From: Alphaproteobacteria bacterium
GTDB taxonomy: Bacteria; Pseudomonadota; Alphaproteobacteria; Caulobacterales; Aquidulcibacteraceae
DNA length: 64,000 nucleotides
NCBI GenBank assembly: GCA_018971945.1
Contig: JAGWZH010000002.1
Span: 503-64,502 of the forward strand
Reading direction: 5' to 3'
Shown: piece after piece, positions 37,734 to 45,387 of the stretch
Layout of the letters: every line of letters starts with the position of its first letter
Numbering within the stretch: position 1 is the first letter of the stretch
The notes under the pieces: generated by a model
Told to the model about the DNA's origin: nothing
Databases searched by the model: none
The model's input: only the letters and a program-made list of their open reading frames with translations
Made by a program: the position numbers and the translations under genes

Positions 37734-37961
37734 CAGACAAAGGCCTTTTGAGCACGACCATAAATGATCCCTAAGCGCTGCGCGAGGCCTGCTGCTGCGG
37801 CGGGTGAAGAAACCGCCCCCCCAGCGCGCGCCCAGCGTCCCCGCTGCGCCAAACCCGCCGTGCCCCCGCCAAAAGCGCCGCGCTCGTGACACGGCTGGTG
37901 CGTCCCGTTATGCAAGAGGACGACGCGTCTTCGGACAAAAGCCAGGAGCCGGGCCGATATC

Positions 37962-38606
37962 ATGCATACCCCCAAGGCCGACATCGAAAGGCCAGGCTGG
38001 CTGGCGCTTTTGCTGGGCTTGACCCTGGCGTGTTTGGGATGGGCGCTATGGTCCTTGGCCCGTCTCGCCGAGGTTCATGCCGAGGCGCCCGTCCTGATCG
38101 TCCATGAACGGGAGGACCTTGCCGCCGCTCTGCGCGCCGCCCCTTTTGCGGGTCCCAGCGCCGATGACGGCAGCCCTCTTGGCGATCCGGTCTGGCTCAT
38201 CGGCCATGTTGGGTGCGCAGGCTGTGACGCCGCCACGGCGGAGGCTTTGCAACAGCTGGATCAAGCGGGCCTCGAAGCGCAAGTTCTGTTTGTGCCGGAC
38301 GCTTATCCCGCGCCCCCTTCGGCCGCCGAACTGGTCGCCGTCGTCGCCCGCACCGGCGAGGCCGAGCATTTCCGCGCCTGGCGCGAGGGGCGCGCCTTGC
38401 CGCCCATGATCACCGACCCCACCGAGGCCGAGGGCTACAGCGAACTCGCCCGCCAAGCCGCCGAGCGCGCGACTGCAGCGCTCGCCGCCAATGGGCTTCA
38501 TGAGCCTTTGCCCGTGCTGATCTGGCGGGTTAACGGCGCCTGGCGCGCGCTCCCGGCCGGTCGCCCCGACGCCGCGGCCGCCGTGCGGCGCGATCTGCGC
38601 TCCTAA
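37962..38606 (+). CDS. Hypothetical membrane-anchored protein with a CxxC motif (thioredoxin/DsbA-like?)
   Basis: N-terminal TM WLALLLGLTLACLGWALWSL. CAGC motif in LIGHVGCAGCDAATAEAL. No confident family assignment. Confidence 0.5.
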   Translation: MHTPKADIERPGWLALLLGLTLACLGWALWSLARLAEVHAEAPVLIVHEREDLAAALRAAPFAGPSADDGSPLGDPVWLIGHVGCAGCDAATAEALQQLDQAGLEAQVLFVPDAYPAPPSAAELVAVVARTGEAEHFRAWREGRALPPMITDPTEAEGYSELARQAAERATAALAANGLHEPLPVLIWRVNGAWRALPAGRPDAAAAVRRDLRS

Positions 38607-38617
38607 GATGACGCCCA

Positions 38618-39739
38618 ATGCCGCGACCGCTCGCTGTTCTTGACGCCTATCGCGCCCGCGTCGCCGAGGGCGGACTTGCGCCTGACCAGGCCCAAGAGGC
38701 GGTCGCCCAGCGCCTCAGCCGGCTGAGCGAGGCCTTGGCCCGCTGGAGCCCCGAGGCATGGCTTGGCAAAGGCGTAAAGCCGCGCGGGCTCTATATCTGG
38801 GGTCCTGTCGGCCGCGGCAAATCTCTTCTGATGGATCTTTTTTTTGAAAGCGTCCCGGTCAGAAGAAAGCTCCGGGTTCACTTCCACGCCTTCATGCTGG
38901 AGGCGCACAAGATCATGCATGAGGTCCGCGCCAAAGGAGGGGAGGGACAAGACAAGGCCATCGCCGCCGTGGCGAAAGCCACCGCCAGGCGGGCTCTGCT
39001 GCTCTGCTTTGACGAGTTCGCCGTGACAGACATCGCCGACGCCGTCATCCTTGGCCGTCTGTTTGAAAAGCTGACGCAGCAGGGCGTGGTCGTCGTCGCC
39101 ACATCCAACCGCGCGCCGCATGACCTCTATAAAAACGGCCTCAACCGCCAGTTATTCTTGCCCTTTATCGCCTTGATCGAGCGCGAGATGGATGTGGTGG
39201 AGTTGGCTGGCCCCCAGGATTACCGTTTGGGCCGTCTCCTCGCCGCCCCGGTCTATTATGCCCCTCTGGGCCCGGCGTCTGAGGAAGCAGCCGACGCCGC
39301 CTTTCGGCGGCTGACCCTTGGAGCCCAGGCGCAATGCGCCGAACTTGATGTCCAGGGCCGCCCCCTCTTTGTCTCCCGCCACGCCGCCGGGGTCGCGCGC
39401 TTCACTTTTGAAGAGCTGTGCGAAAGGCCGATGGGCGCCGCCGACTATCTTGAAATCGCCGAACGGTTTCACACTGTCTTTGTGGAGCATGTCCCCAAAC
39501 TGACGCCATCGATGCGGGAGCAAGCCGCGCGTTTCCGCATCCTGATCGACACGCTCTACGAGGCCAAAACCAAACTGCTCGTCACTGCCGATGCTGAGCC
39601 TGACAGGCTTTATCCGGAAGGTGATCAGAATTTTGAGTTTGAACGCACCGTCAGCCGTTTGATGGAGATGCGGTCCGCGGACTATCTCGCCGCGCCACGA
39701 CGCGACGCCGAATGGCGACGGGGCGTCGTAGACGGATGA
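38618..39739 (+). CDS. zapE: Cell division protein ZapE (AFG1-like ATPase)
   Basis: Walker A GPVGRGKSLLMD, Walker B LLCFDEF, and AFG1 family length and order. Confidence 0.9.
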   Translation: MPRPLAVLDAYRARVAEGGLAPDQAQEAVAQRLSRLSEALARWSPEAWLGKGVKPRGLYIWGPVGRGKSLLMDLFFESVPVRRKLRVHFHAFMLEAHKIMHEVRAKGGEGQDKAIAAVAKATARRALLLCFDEFAVTDIADAVILGRLFEKLTQQGVVVVATSNRAPHDLYKNGLNRQLFLPFIALIEREMDVVELAGPQDYRLGRLLAAPVYYAPLGPASEEAADAAFRRLTLGAQAQCAELDVQGRPLFVSRHAAGVARFTFEELCERPMGAADYLEIAERFHTVFVEHVPKLTPSMREQAARFRILIDTLYEAKTKLLVTADAEPDRLYPEGDQNFEFERTVSRLMEMRSADYLAAPRRDAEWRRGVVDG

Positions 39740-39746
39740 TCCCGCT

Positions 39747-40586
39747 TCAGGCCGCGACGCTCGCCTTCCAATGAGCGTTTCGACGATAAAGCCCCCGCTG
39801 GTCGGCCACGCTCTCAAAAGCGTCGGTCACCCCCGTCGCCGTTTCCCCCTCCCCCAAAAGAAGGAAACCGTCCTCAGGCATGCTCCCAGCCAGGCGCTCC
39901 AGCGTCGATTTTCTGGTTGGTTGGTCGAAAGACACGAGAACATTCCGGCACAAAACCACATCGAACCGTCCGAGCGGGTGGAGGTCATCGAGCAGATTGA
40001 ATCGCTGGAACTGCACCGCTGACCGGATCCGATCGCTGATGCGCCACATCTCGTTCACCTTCTCAAAGTGCTTGACGAGCAGCCTGACGGGCAAGCCCCT
40101 CTGGACCTCGAATTGGCTATAGAGGCCTGATTTCGCCTTCTCCAGAACGCGGTCCGAGATGTCCACCCCGATGATCTCGGCGTTTACGGGGCTTGCTTGC
40201 TCTGCAAGCTCGTCGAGGAGCATCGCAAGGGAGTAGGGCTCTTGACCGCTCGAACAGGCTGCGGAGAGAATCCGCACGGGAGCCATGGGCCCCCTCGAGC
40301 GCAGAAGCGACGGGACGACTGTCTCGCGGAACAGATCAAACAGCGCCTTGTCTCGGAAAAAAAGCGTCTCGCACGTTGTCAGCGCGTCGGTGATCGCCCA
40401 CAGCATCGCTTCATCACGCCGCGACCGCGCCGAAGCCGCCAACTCCTTGAGACTGGCGAAGCCCCCAATGCGCATAAGCGGCGCAAGCTTTGTTTCCAGA
40501 ATATGGGCTCTATCCGCAGTCAGAACGAGGCCTGAGCGCATGCGGACCTCCCGCGCGATGAACGCGAAATCAGCTTCGGGCAACAT
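39747..40586 (-). CDS. cheR: Chemotaxis protein methyltransferase CheR
   Basis: CheR N-domain FAFIAREVRMRSGL...TLFFRD and SAM domain RILSAACSSGQEPYSLAMLL...DVVLCRNVLVSF. SD-like GGAAAGG lies upstream of ATG 40586. Confidence 0.9.
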   Translation of the reverse strand: MLPEADFAFIAREVRMRSGLVLTADRAHILETKLAPLMRIGGFASLKELAASARSRRDEAMLWAITDALTTCETLFFRDKALFDLFRETVVPSLLRSRGPMAPVRILSAACSSGQEPYSLAMLLDELAEQASPVNAEIIGVDISDRVLEKAKSGLYSQFEVQRGLPVRLLVKHFEKVNEMWRISDRIRSAVQFQRFNLLDDLHPLGRFDVVLCRNVLVSFDQPTRKSTLERLAGSMPEDGFLLLGEGETATGVTDAFESVADQRGLYRRNAHWKASVAA

Positions 40587-40780
40587 CTTCGAGGCCTTTC
40601 CATTGGGCGGGCGCGCAAATGGCAGCCGCGCCCCTTATCGAGGGTCTTAGGACGTGCGCGAGGCCCGCCTTGGCGACAGCCGCGGGGGCCTCACCGAAGA
40701 GACGAAAACCGCTTTCCTCCAGAGCCAGGGGCTTGGCTGGAGGCGAGGGGCTGAGGCGCGAAGCAAAGCCCACCTGACCC

Positions 40781-41146
40781 TCAGATCAAGCCGACTTCGG
40801 AGAATTTCGACTGCAGGATGTCGCCGTCGAACGGTTTCATGATGTATTCGTTCGCTCCGGCCTTGAGGGCTTCGGAAATGCGCTGCGGGTCGTTTTCGGT
40901 TGTGCAGAACACCACGATGGGCCTGCCCCCGCCGTTTTCCCGACGCAGCTGCCGCAGGAAGTCGATGCCGTTCATGGATGGCATCGTCCAGTCCAGAAGG
41001 ATCGCGTCCGGCATGGTCCGCCTGCACGCATGCAGGGCCTCGACGCCATCGGCGGCCTCCTCGATCTGAAAACGCAAGTCTTCCAGAATACGGCGGGCGA
41101 CTTTCCGGATCACACGGCTGTCATCGACCACAAGGCAGCTTTTCAT
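40781..41146 (-). CDS. cheY: CheY-like single-domain response regulator
   Basis: CLVVDDS, ILLDWTMPSMNG (phospho-Asp context), VVFCTTE and YIMKPF. 121 aa. Confidence 0.9.
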   Translation of the reverse strand: MKSCLVVDDSRVIRKVARRILEDLRFQIEEAADGVEALHACRRTMPDAILLDWTMPSMNGIDFLRQLRRENGGGRPIVVFCTTENDPQRISEALKAGANEYIMKPFDGDILQSKFSEVGLI

Positions 41147-41240
41147 GGCTTTCAGGCCCCTTCACGCCGCTCGCGAGCCCGCCCCGAACCGGGCGAGGAG
41201 ATTGCGCGTCGCGGACATGTCAGTCATGAGACCCTTCCCC

Positions 41241-41248
41241 ATGGTTAA
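41241..41248 (-). promoter_or_regulatory. TTAACCAT (CtrA half-site-type 8-mer) about 95 nt upstream of cheY
   Basis: The plus strand reads atggttaa, which is TTAACCAT on the coding strand of cheY. It sits in a locally low-GC stretch of the cheA-cheY gap. Motif match only. Confidence 0.3.
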
Positions 41249-41439
41249 CGCTGAGCAAAACTGAGGCGAAACCGTTTGGAAACGCCTCGATATTTCCGAA
41301 ACGGCAAAAACGGCCGAGGCAAACCACCGGCAAAGGGCGTGACCAAGCCCTGGCCCCCATGGCCTCAGCGGCCTGCGAAGAAGGCGGCCGGCGGGCGAGC
41401 CCTTGAAGAGGGTCCTGTCGGCGGCGCCCAATGTCGAGC

Positions 41440-43578
41440 CTAGGCCGCGCGTTCCTTCGACTGTATGGCGCCGTCAAGGGCCGCAAGCAGTCCTTCTTGA
41501 TCCGTTTTGCGCACCGCGTCCGCGAACGCTCCGACTGGGGATGCGCCCTGCGTGAGCCCGAGCCGCGCCGCGTCCCGCCAAGCAGGGTCCTGCTCCAGTT
41601 GCGCGGCGAAAGCGTCCGCCCCTGCGGGGTCGGCGTCTATATCGGCAAGAATCGCGTCGAAAATCTCCCCGGCGTCCTTCAGGCGCAGCGCCTCTGAAAA
41701 CTCTGTCGCGTGCACAGCGTTGTAGCCAGCCTCTTCCAGAAGTGGGGTCAGGAGCGCGCGAGTGAAATGATTATGGTCGACAAGAAGGATCCTGCCTTTT
41801 GAGCCGGGGCTTGCGGGCTTCTGGTCCGCGCATGCATGACGCGCCGGATTCAAATAATGATTGAGGTCGACGATGTCGACGAGGTCCCCGTCGATCGCAA
41901 CAGTTCCAAGAACACCAAGCCTCGCAGAAGAAAGATCGATGCTCAAAGGCTCTGTGACGATGTCCAGGACCTCGTCCACCGCCAACCCGACCCGCCCATG
42001 CTCCCCTTCAAACACAAGCACGGGCTGAACGCCTTCTGCGCGGAAGGCGCTGTCCCCTCCAAGATGGGTGAGGCGCATCAGCGCGCCGTCATAAGCGGCC
42101 AGCACCTGTCCGTTCACCCGTTTCAGGGCCGCCGTCGAGGTCTGCGTCACCCCGGTCGCGAGGGCCAGCGGCACGCCCATGAGCGCGGCATCGCCGGCCC
42201 GAACCAGGATCAGCCCGGTCCCATCCTTCATCGAGGCCTTGTGGATCGGCGGCGTCGCGGGGATCATAATGCGGAAACTGGCGCCTTGGCCGTCAATGCT
42301 TGTCAGCGCCACGTCACCCCCGAGCGCATCGATCTGGGCGCGCACCACATCCATGCCCACGCCCCGGCCGGACAGGGTCGTCACATGGTCCGCCGTGGAA
42401 AAGCCGGGAACGAAAATCAATCGGTGCGCGAGAGCCTCTGGCAGGGCCGACGCTTCCGCATCCGTCATCAACCCCTTTTCCGCCGCCTTTCGCCTGATTT
42501 GGGTCGTGTTCAGTCCCGCCCCATCGTCGGCGATCTCAATGATGATATGCCCATCCTCCTGCGTCGCCGACAGCCTCAAGACGCCCTGCGCGGGTTTTCC
42601 CTTCGCCAGTCGCTCCCCAGGCGACTCGATCCCGTGGTCGCAGGCGTTGCGCACCATGTGGACAAGAGGGGCCATGAGATGGTCAAGCACGCTTCGGTCA
42701 AGCTCGAGATCTTCGCCTTCCAGGCGCAGTTCAATGCTCTTGCCGAGATCGAAAGCAACGTTCCTGACCAGCCGCTTCAGCCTCCGAGAGGCTGAGCCGA
42801 AGGACTGCATCCGAGCCTGTTTGACGGTCGCCTGAAGTTCTGCGGTGATGTGCGCCAAATCTTGCAACGGCGCCTTCAAGGCCGAAAGCTCAAAAACACG
42901 GCTCGCACGCACGAGCTGATCATGCGTGAGCGCGAGTTTTGAAGCCATGGCCATGATCTGATCGAGCTGAGCGATGCTGACCCGAACTGTCAGGGTCGAA
43001 GGGGCTCGCCCGCCCTTGAGGCCGTGCTCCTTGAAAGGCGCAGTCATGGCGATCCCAGCTTGGGCGGGGGAGAGGCGGCTTTCCTCAGCCCGTGCGGGAG
43101 CCTCCGTCGCATGAGCAGAGGCCGGCGCCTGATGGGGCGCGTCCTGTGCGCCGTTCGCTCCGTAGATGCGCTGAGCCTTGGGCGCAACAAGGCGGCAAGC
43201 TTCGCCTTCAACCGCAGCATAAAGCGCCTCGATCATCGTGCCGTCGTCCTCGTCCGGTTCTCTCCCTGTCGCCGCGAGGTTTGCAGTCATCGCTCTGATC
43301 CGGTCGATGGATCTGAGAATGAGGGCGAGCGTCTCTGGCGTGACGGGCAGATCCCCCTCCCGGACCTCGTCGAGAAGGGTTTCGCAGGCGTGCGCCAGAG
43401 CCGGGAGCCGCCTCAGTCCCAAAAACCCGCCCGTGCCTTTGATCGTATGCATCAGGCGGAAAGTCGCGTTGAGGGCCGCCTGGTCGGAGGGCTGCTGTTC
43501 GAACCGCGCTAGCGCGTCGTCCACAAGATCAAGCATGTCGACGGTTTCGCTCAGAAACTCGGCGAGAAGATCATCCAT
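41440..43578 (-). CDS. cheA: CheA-type histidine kinase with C-terminal receiver-like domain (HPt-dimerisation-HATPase-CheW-REC)
   Basis: P1 HPt FRLMHTIKGTGGFLGL. N box HMVRNACDHGIE, G1 DDGAGL, G2 SGRGVGMDVV. CheW-like P5 (GLILVRAG...VDIVDLNHYL). C-terminal REC-like ILLVDHNH...ILADIDAD...GLTQG...VRK. Start set at MDDLLAEF (ATG 43578). Confidence 0.9.
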   Translation of the reverse strand: MDDLLAEFLSETVDMLDLVDDALARFEQQPSDQAALNATFRLMHTIKGTGGFLGLRRLPALAHACETLLDEVREGDLPVTPETLALILRSIDRIRAMTANLAATGREPDEDDGTMIEALYAAVEGEACRLVAPKAQRIYGANGAQDAPHQAPASAHATEAPARAEESRLSPAQAGIAMTAPFKEHGLKGGRAPSTLTVRVSIAQLDQIMAMASKLALTHDQLVRASRVFELSALKAPLQDLAHITAELQATVKQARMQSFGSASRRLKRLVRNVAFDLGKSIELRLEGEDLELDRSVLDHLMAPLVHMVRNACDHGIESPGERLAKGKPAQGVLRLSATQEDGHIIIEIADDGAGLNTTQIRRKAAEKGLMTDAEASALPEALAHRLIFVPGFSTADHVTTLSGRGVGMDVVRAQIDALGGDVALTSIDGQGASFRIMIPATPPIHKASMKDGTGLILVRAGDAALMGVPLALATGVTQTSTAALKRVNGQVLAAYDGALMRLTHLGGDSAFRAEGVQPVLVFEGEHGRVGLAVDEVLDIVTEPLSIDLSSARLGVLGTVAIDGDLVDIVDLNHYLNPARHACADQKPASPGSKGRILLVDHNHFTRALLTPLLEEAGYNAVHATEFSEALRLKDAGEIFDAILADIDADPAGADAFAAQLEQDPAWRDAARLGLTQGASPVGAFADAVRKTDQEGLLAALDGAIQSKERAA

Positions 43579-43662
43579 GGTTCCGGCCCCAGCGAACCGC
43601 CGCCCCGCCACCGATGCGCAAGCGATCACCGAAACCTTCCTCCGAGCGGAGTTTCCGGCCCG

Positions 43663-44307
43663 TTAACGAGACTTAATATCTGCTGTGGTCTGGAAGGCTG
43701 GGCTCTTGGCCACGAGTTCGATGCGCTCTGGCGCCTCTCGGGCCAAAAGCGTCACGCCAGCGGCCTGGGCGATAAGGGCTGTGTAATAGGGCTGGACATT
43801 ATGGCCCTTAAAGCCGTCGCCCGGCTCTTCCTGCCGAAGGGCCTGCTGGGTCTCCGCCTTCAACATCGCCCGCTGGCCCTGGGCGACGATCCGAACCTCG
43901 CCCTTGCCGTCGGCCTCGACGGTCAAAGTTCCGCCCCGCGGCAGGCAATCCGCTCCGATCAGCAGAAGGTTCATGATCACACGCGTCGCCGCCCGCGGCG
44001 CCGTCATCTCCGGCGCAGCCCACACAAGCGTCGGCTTCAAAGTGGAGAAAAGCTTCTCCGCCACCGCGCGGCCTTCATCCAAAGGACCATCGCCTTCCAC
44101 GAAGGCGCTCGCGAAGGCGAAGCGGAAATAATCGAGCTTCGCCCACATATTCACCGCCCCGTGTTCCAGGAGGCTCAACGCATCTGCGTTTTTGCCGTCG
44201 CTGGCCTGCTGGGCCATGTCCAGCCCCTGGATGATGGCGCTGACCGGCCCCAAGAGGTCGTGACACATGCGCGAAGCCATCAGGGCGGTGAGCTTGGGCC
44301 CTTCCAT
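43663..44307 (-). CDS. ChpT-like histidine phosphotransferase (HPTransfase family)
   Basis: N-terminal LMASRMCHDLLGPVSAIIQGLDM matches the ChpT signature (Caulobacter ChpT: LAARLCHDFISPASAIVSGLDLL). A pseudo-CA domain follows (VIMNLLLIGADCLPRGGTLTV). 214 aa. SD GAGG lies upstream. Confidence 0.8.
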   Translation of the reverse strand: MEGPKLTALMASRMCHDLLGPVSAIIQGLDMAQQASDGKNADALSLLEHGAVNMWAKLDYFRFAFASAFVEGDGPLDEGRAVAEKLFSTLKPTLVWAAPEMTAPRAATRVIMNLLLIGADCLPRGGTLTVEADGKGEVRIVAQGQRAMLKAETQQALRQEEPGDGFKGHNVQPYYTALIAQAAGVTLLAREAPERIELVAKSPAFQTTADIKSR

Positions 44308-44389
44308 GGAGCGACCTCGTGAGATGCTGCGGTGAGGCCGATATCCTTGTCCGATTCGCGCAGCGCGCTAAGGAAGGCCTTGCAGCGGA

Positions 44390-44662
44390 TCACGCCTCGC
44401 CCGAGGCGCCATCGGAGGGATCGCGCGGGGGCCTGTCGTCAAAGCCGTGTCGGGCGCTGTAGAATGACAGGCCCATCAAAAGCCCCGCAAGCGCGAGCGT
44501 CACGACGCTGCCGAGGGCCATGATGAACCATCCGAAGGCGGAGATCTCCACCTCCAGGTCCTGATAGGCATGATAGATCCCGAGCCCGACAGCGCAGGCG
44601 AGCCCGCCTAGAGCCAAAAGCGCCAGGATAGGGGGGGCCCAAGACGGAGGGCGTGGCGCCAT
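44390..44662 (-). CDS. Small two-TM membrane protein, translationally coupled to ydbL
   Basis: High GC3. TM segments PILALLALGGLACAVGLGIY and FGWFIMALGSVVTLALAGLLMGL. Its ATG overlaps the ydbL TAA by 1 nt (TAATG). Confidence 0.65.
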   Translation of the reverse strand: MAPRPPSWAPPILALLALGGLACAVGLGIYHAYQDLEVEISAFGWFIMALGSVVTLALAGLLMGLSFYSARHGFDDRPPRDPSDGASGEA

Positions 44663-45099
44663 TATCGGCAGAAGCTCGGCGTCGCCACCGGCGCGCTCTC
44701 AGTCCTTTGCCGCCATGTCCCGCCTTCGTCGCGGTACCATTCCCCCAATGCGACCCGGCTTGAAAAAAGCTGGCAGGCGGTCGCAGCGGCCATCTCCGCT
44801 GGCGTCACGGTGACCCCATCCACCGACACGCGCGCGGCCCGATCGAAATACACGCGTCGACGCTCGCCATTGATCTGCGCGACACGTCGCCGGAGGTCCG
44901 CATCGGCCCGCGCCTCGTCGCGAATGCCTAACAGACCCACCTCTGTGCCGTTGGCCTGTTCGCCCACGATGCCTGAGGACCGCGCCGCCTCCACCACATC
45001 GTCCGCAAGCGCGGATGCAGGAGTCGCCAGCGCCAAGGCGAAAAGCGCCGCCGCCGCCATCATGGCCCGCGATGAGAGGAAAGAAGTCTTGTCGCTCAT
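44662..45099 (-). CDS. ydbL: YdbL family periplasmic protein (DUF1318)
   Basis: Signal peptide, then SSGIVGEQANG...LRRRVAQINGERRRVY...GEWYRDEGGTWRQR. The same pattern occurs in E. coli YdbL (GRVGE...INAERKASY...GEYVQGINGKWVRK). Confidence 0.8.
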   Translation of the reverse strand: MSDKTSFLSSRAMMAAAALFALALATPASALADDVVEAARSSGIVGEQANGTEVGLLGIRDEARADADLRRRVAQINGERRRVYFDRAARVSVDGVTVTPAEMAAATACQLFSSRVALGEWYRDEGGTWRQRTESAPVATPSFCR

Positions 45100-45134
45100 G
45101 AGATGGCCTCCTTCGCCATCATCCCCTGCAAATC

Positions 45135-45341
45135 TCAGAAGATGTCCGGCCGTTCCTGCAACAACGCCCGCGCGTCGCCCTCGAGCCTGTAGACCACTTC
45201 CTGTCGGATATTGACGGTGAGCTCGATTTGGATCGGCTCAGGCACCCGGACCTCGACCGGAATGCATCCCGAAACTGCGAAAGCCAGCGCCGCAAACGCC
45301 AGGGCTTGCGTCGCCCTGTTTCTGAAACGTCTTGCGCCCAT
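45135..45341 (-). CDS. ynbE: YnbE family lipoprotein
   Basis: ALAFAVSGCIPVEVRVPEPIQIELTVNIRQEVVYRLEGDARALLQERPDIF aligns by eye with E. coli YnbE (LVGCTPRIEVAAPKEPITINMNVKIEHEIIIKADKDVEELLETRSDLF). Start set at ATG 45341, not the track's 45536. Confidence 0.85.
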   Translation of the reverse strand: MGARRFRNRATQALAFAALAFAVSGCIPVEVRVPEPIQIELTVNIRQEVVYRLEGDARALLQERPDIF

Positions 45342-45387
45342 GCGCCTCGTCCTCCTGCTGTCCAGTCCGCAGAGCCGGCCGCCTTCG

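Noticed and set aside
40570-40773. 67-aa ORF (GTG start) between cheY and cheR.
   Set aside because: Its GC3 is only about 60% by hand count, against clearly higher values in neighbouring genes. It overlaps the cheR start out of frame and has no recognisable motif.
41162-41431. 89-aa ORF (TTG start) that exactly fills the cheA-cheY gap.
   Set aside because: It is tempting because of the fit. However, it is very basic, has no family resemblance, shows a mid-ORF drop in GC3 and lacks an SD. It was treated as non-coding regulatory DNA. A short peptide from the internal ATGs cannot be excluded.
43663-43676. TTAACGAGACTTAA at the chpT-like stop, considered as a CtrA box upstream of cheA.
   Set aside because: The spacing is TTAA-N6-TTAA, not the N7 of the CtrA consensus. 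One half is simply the stop-codon context.
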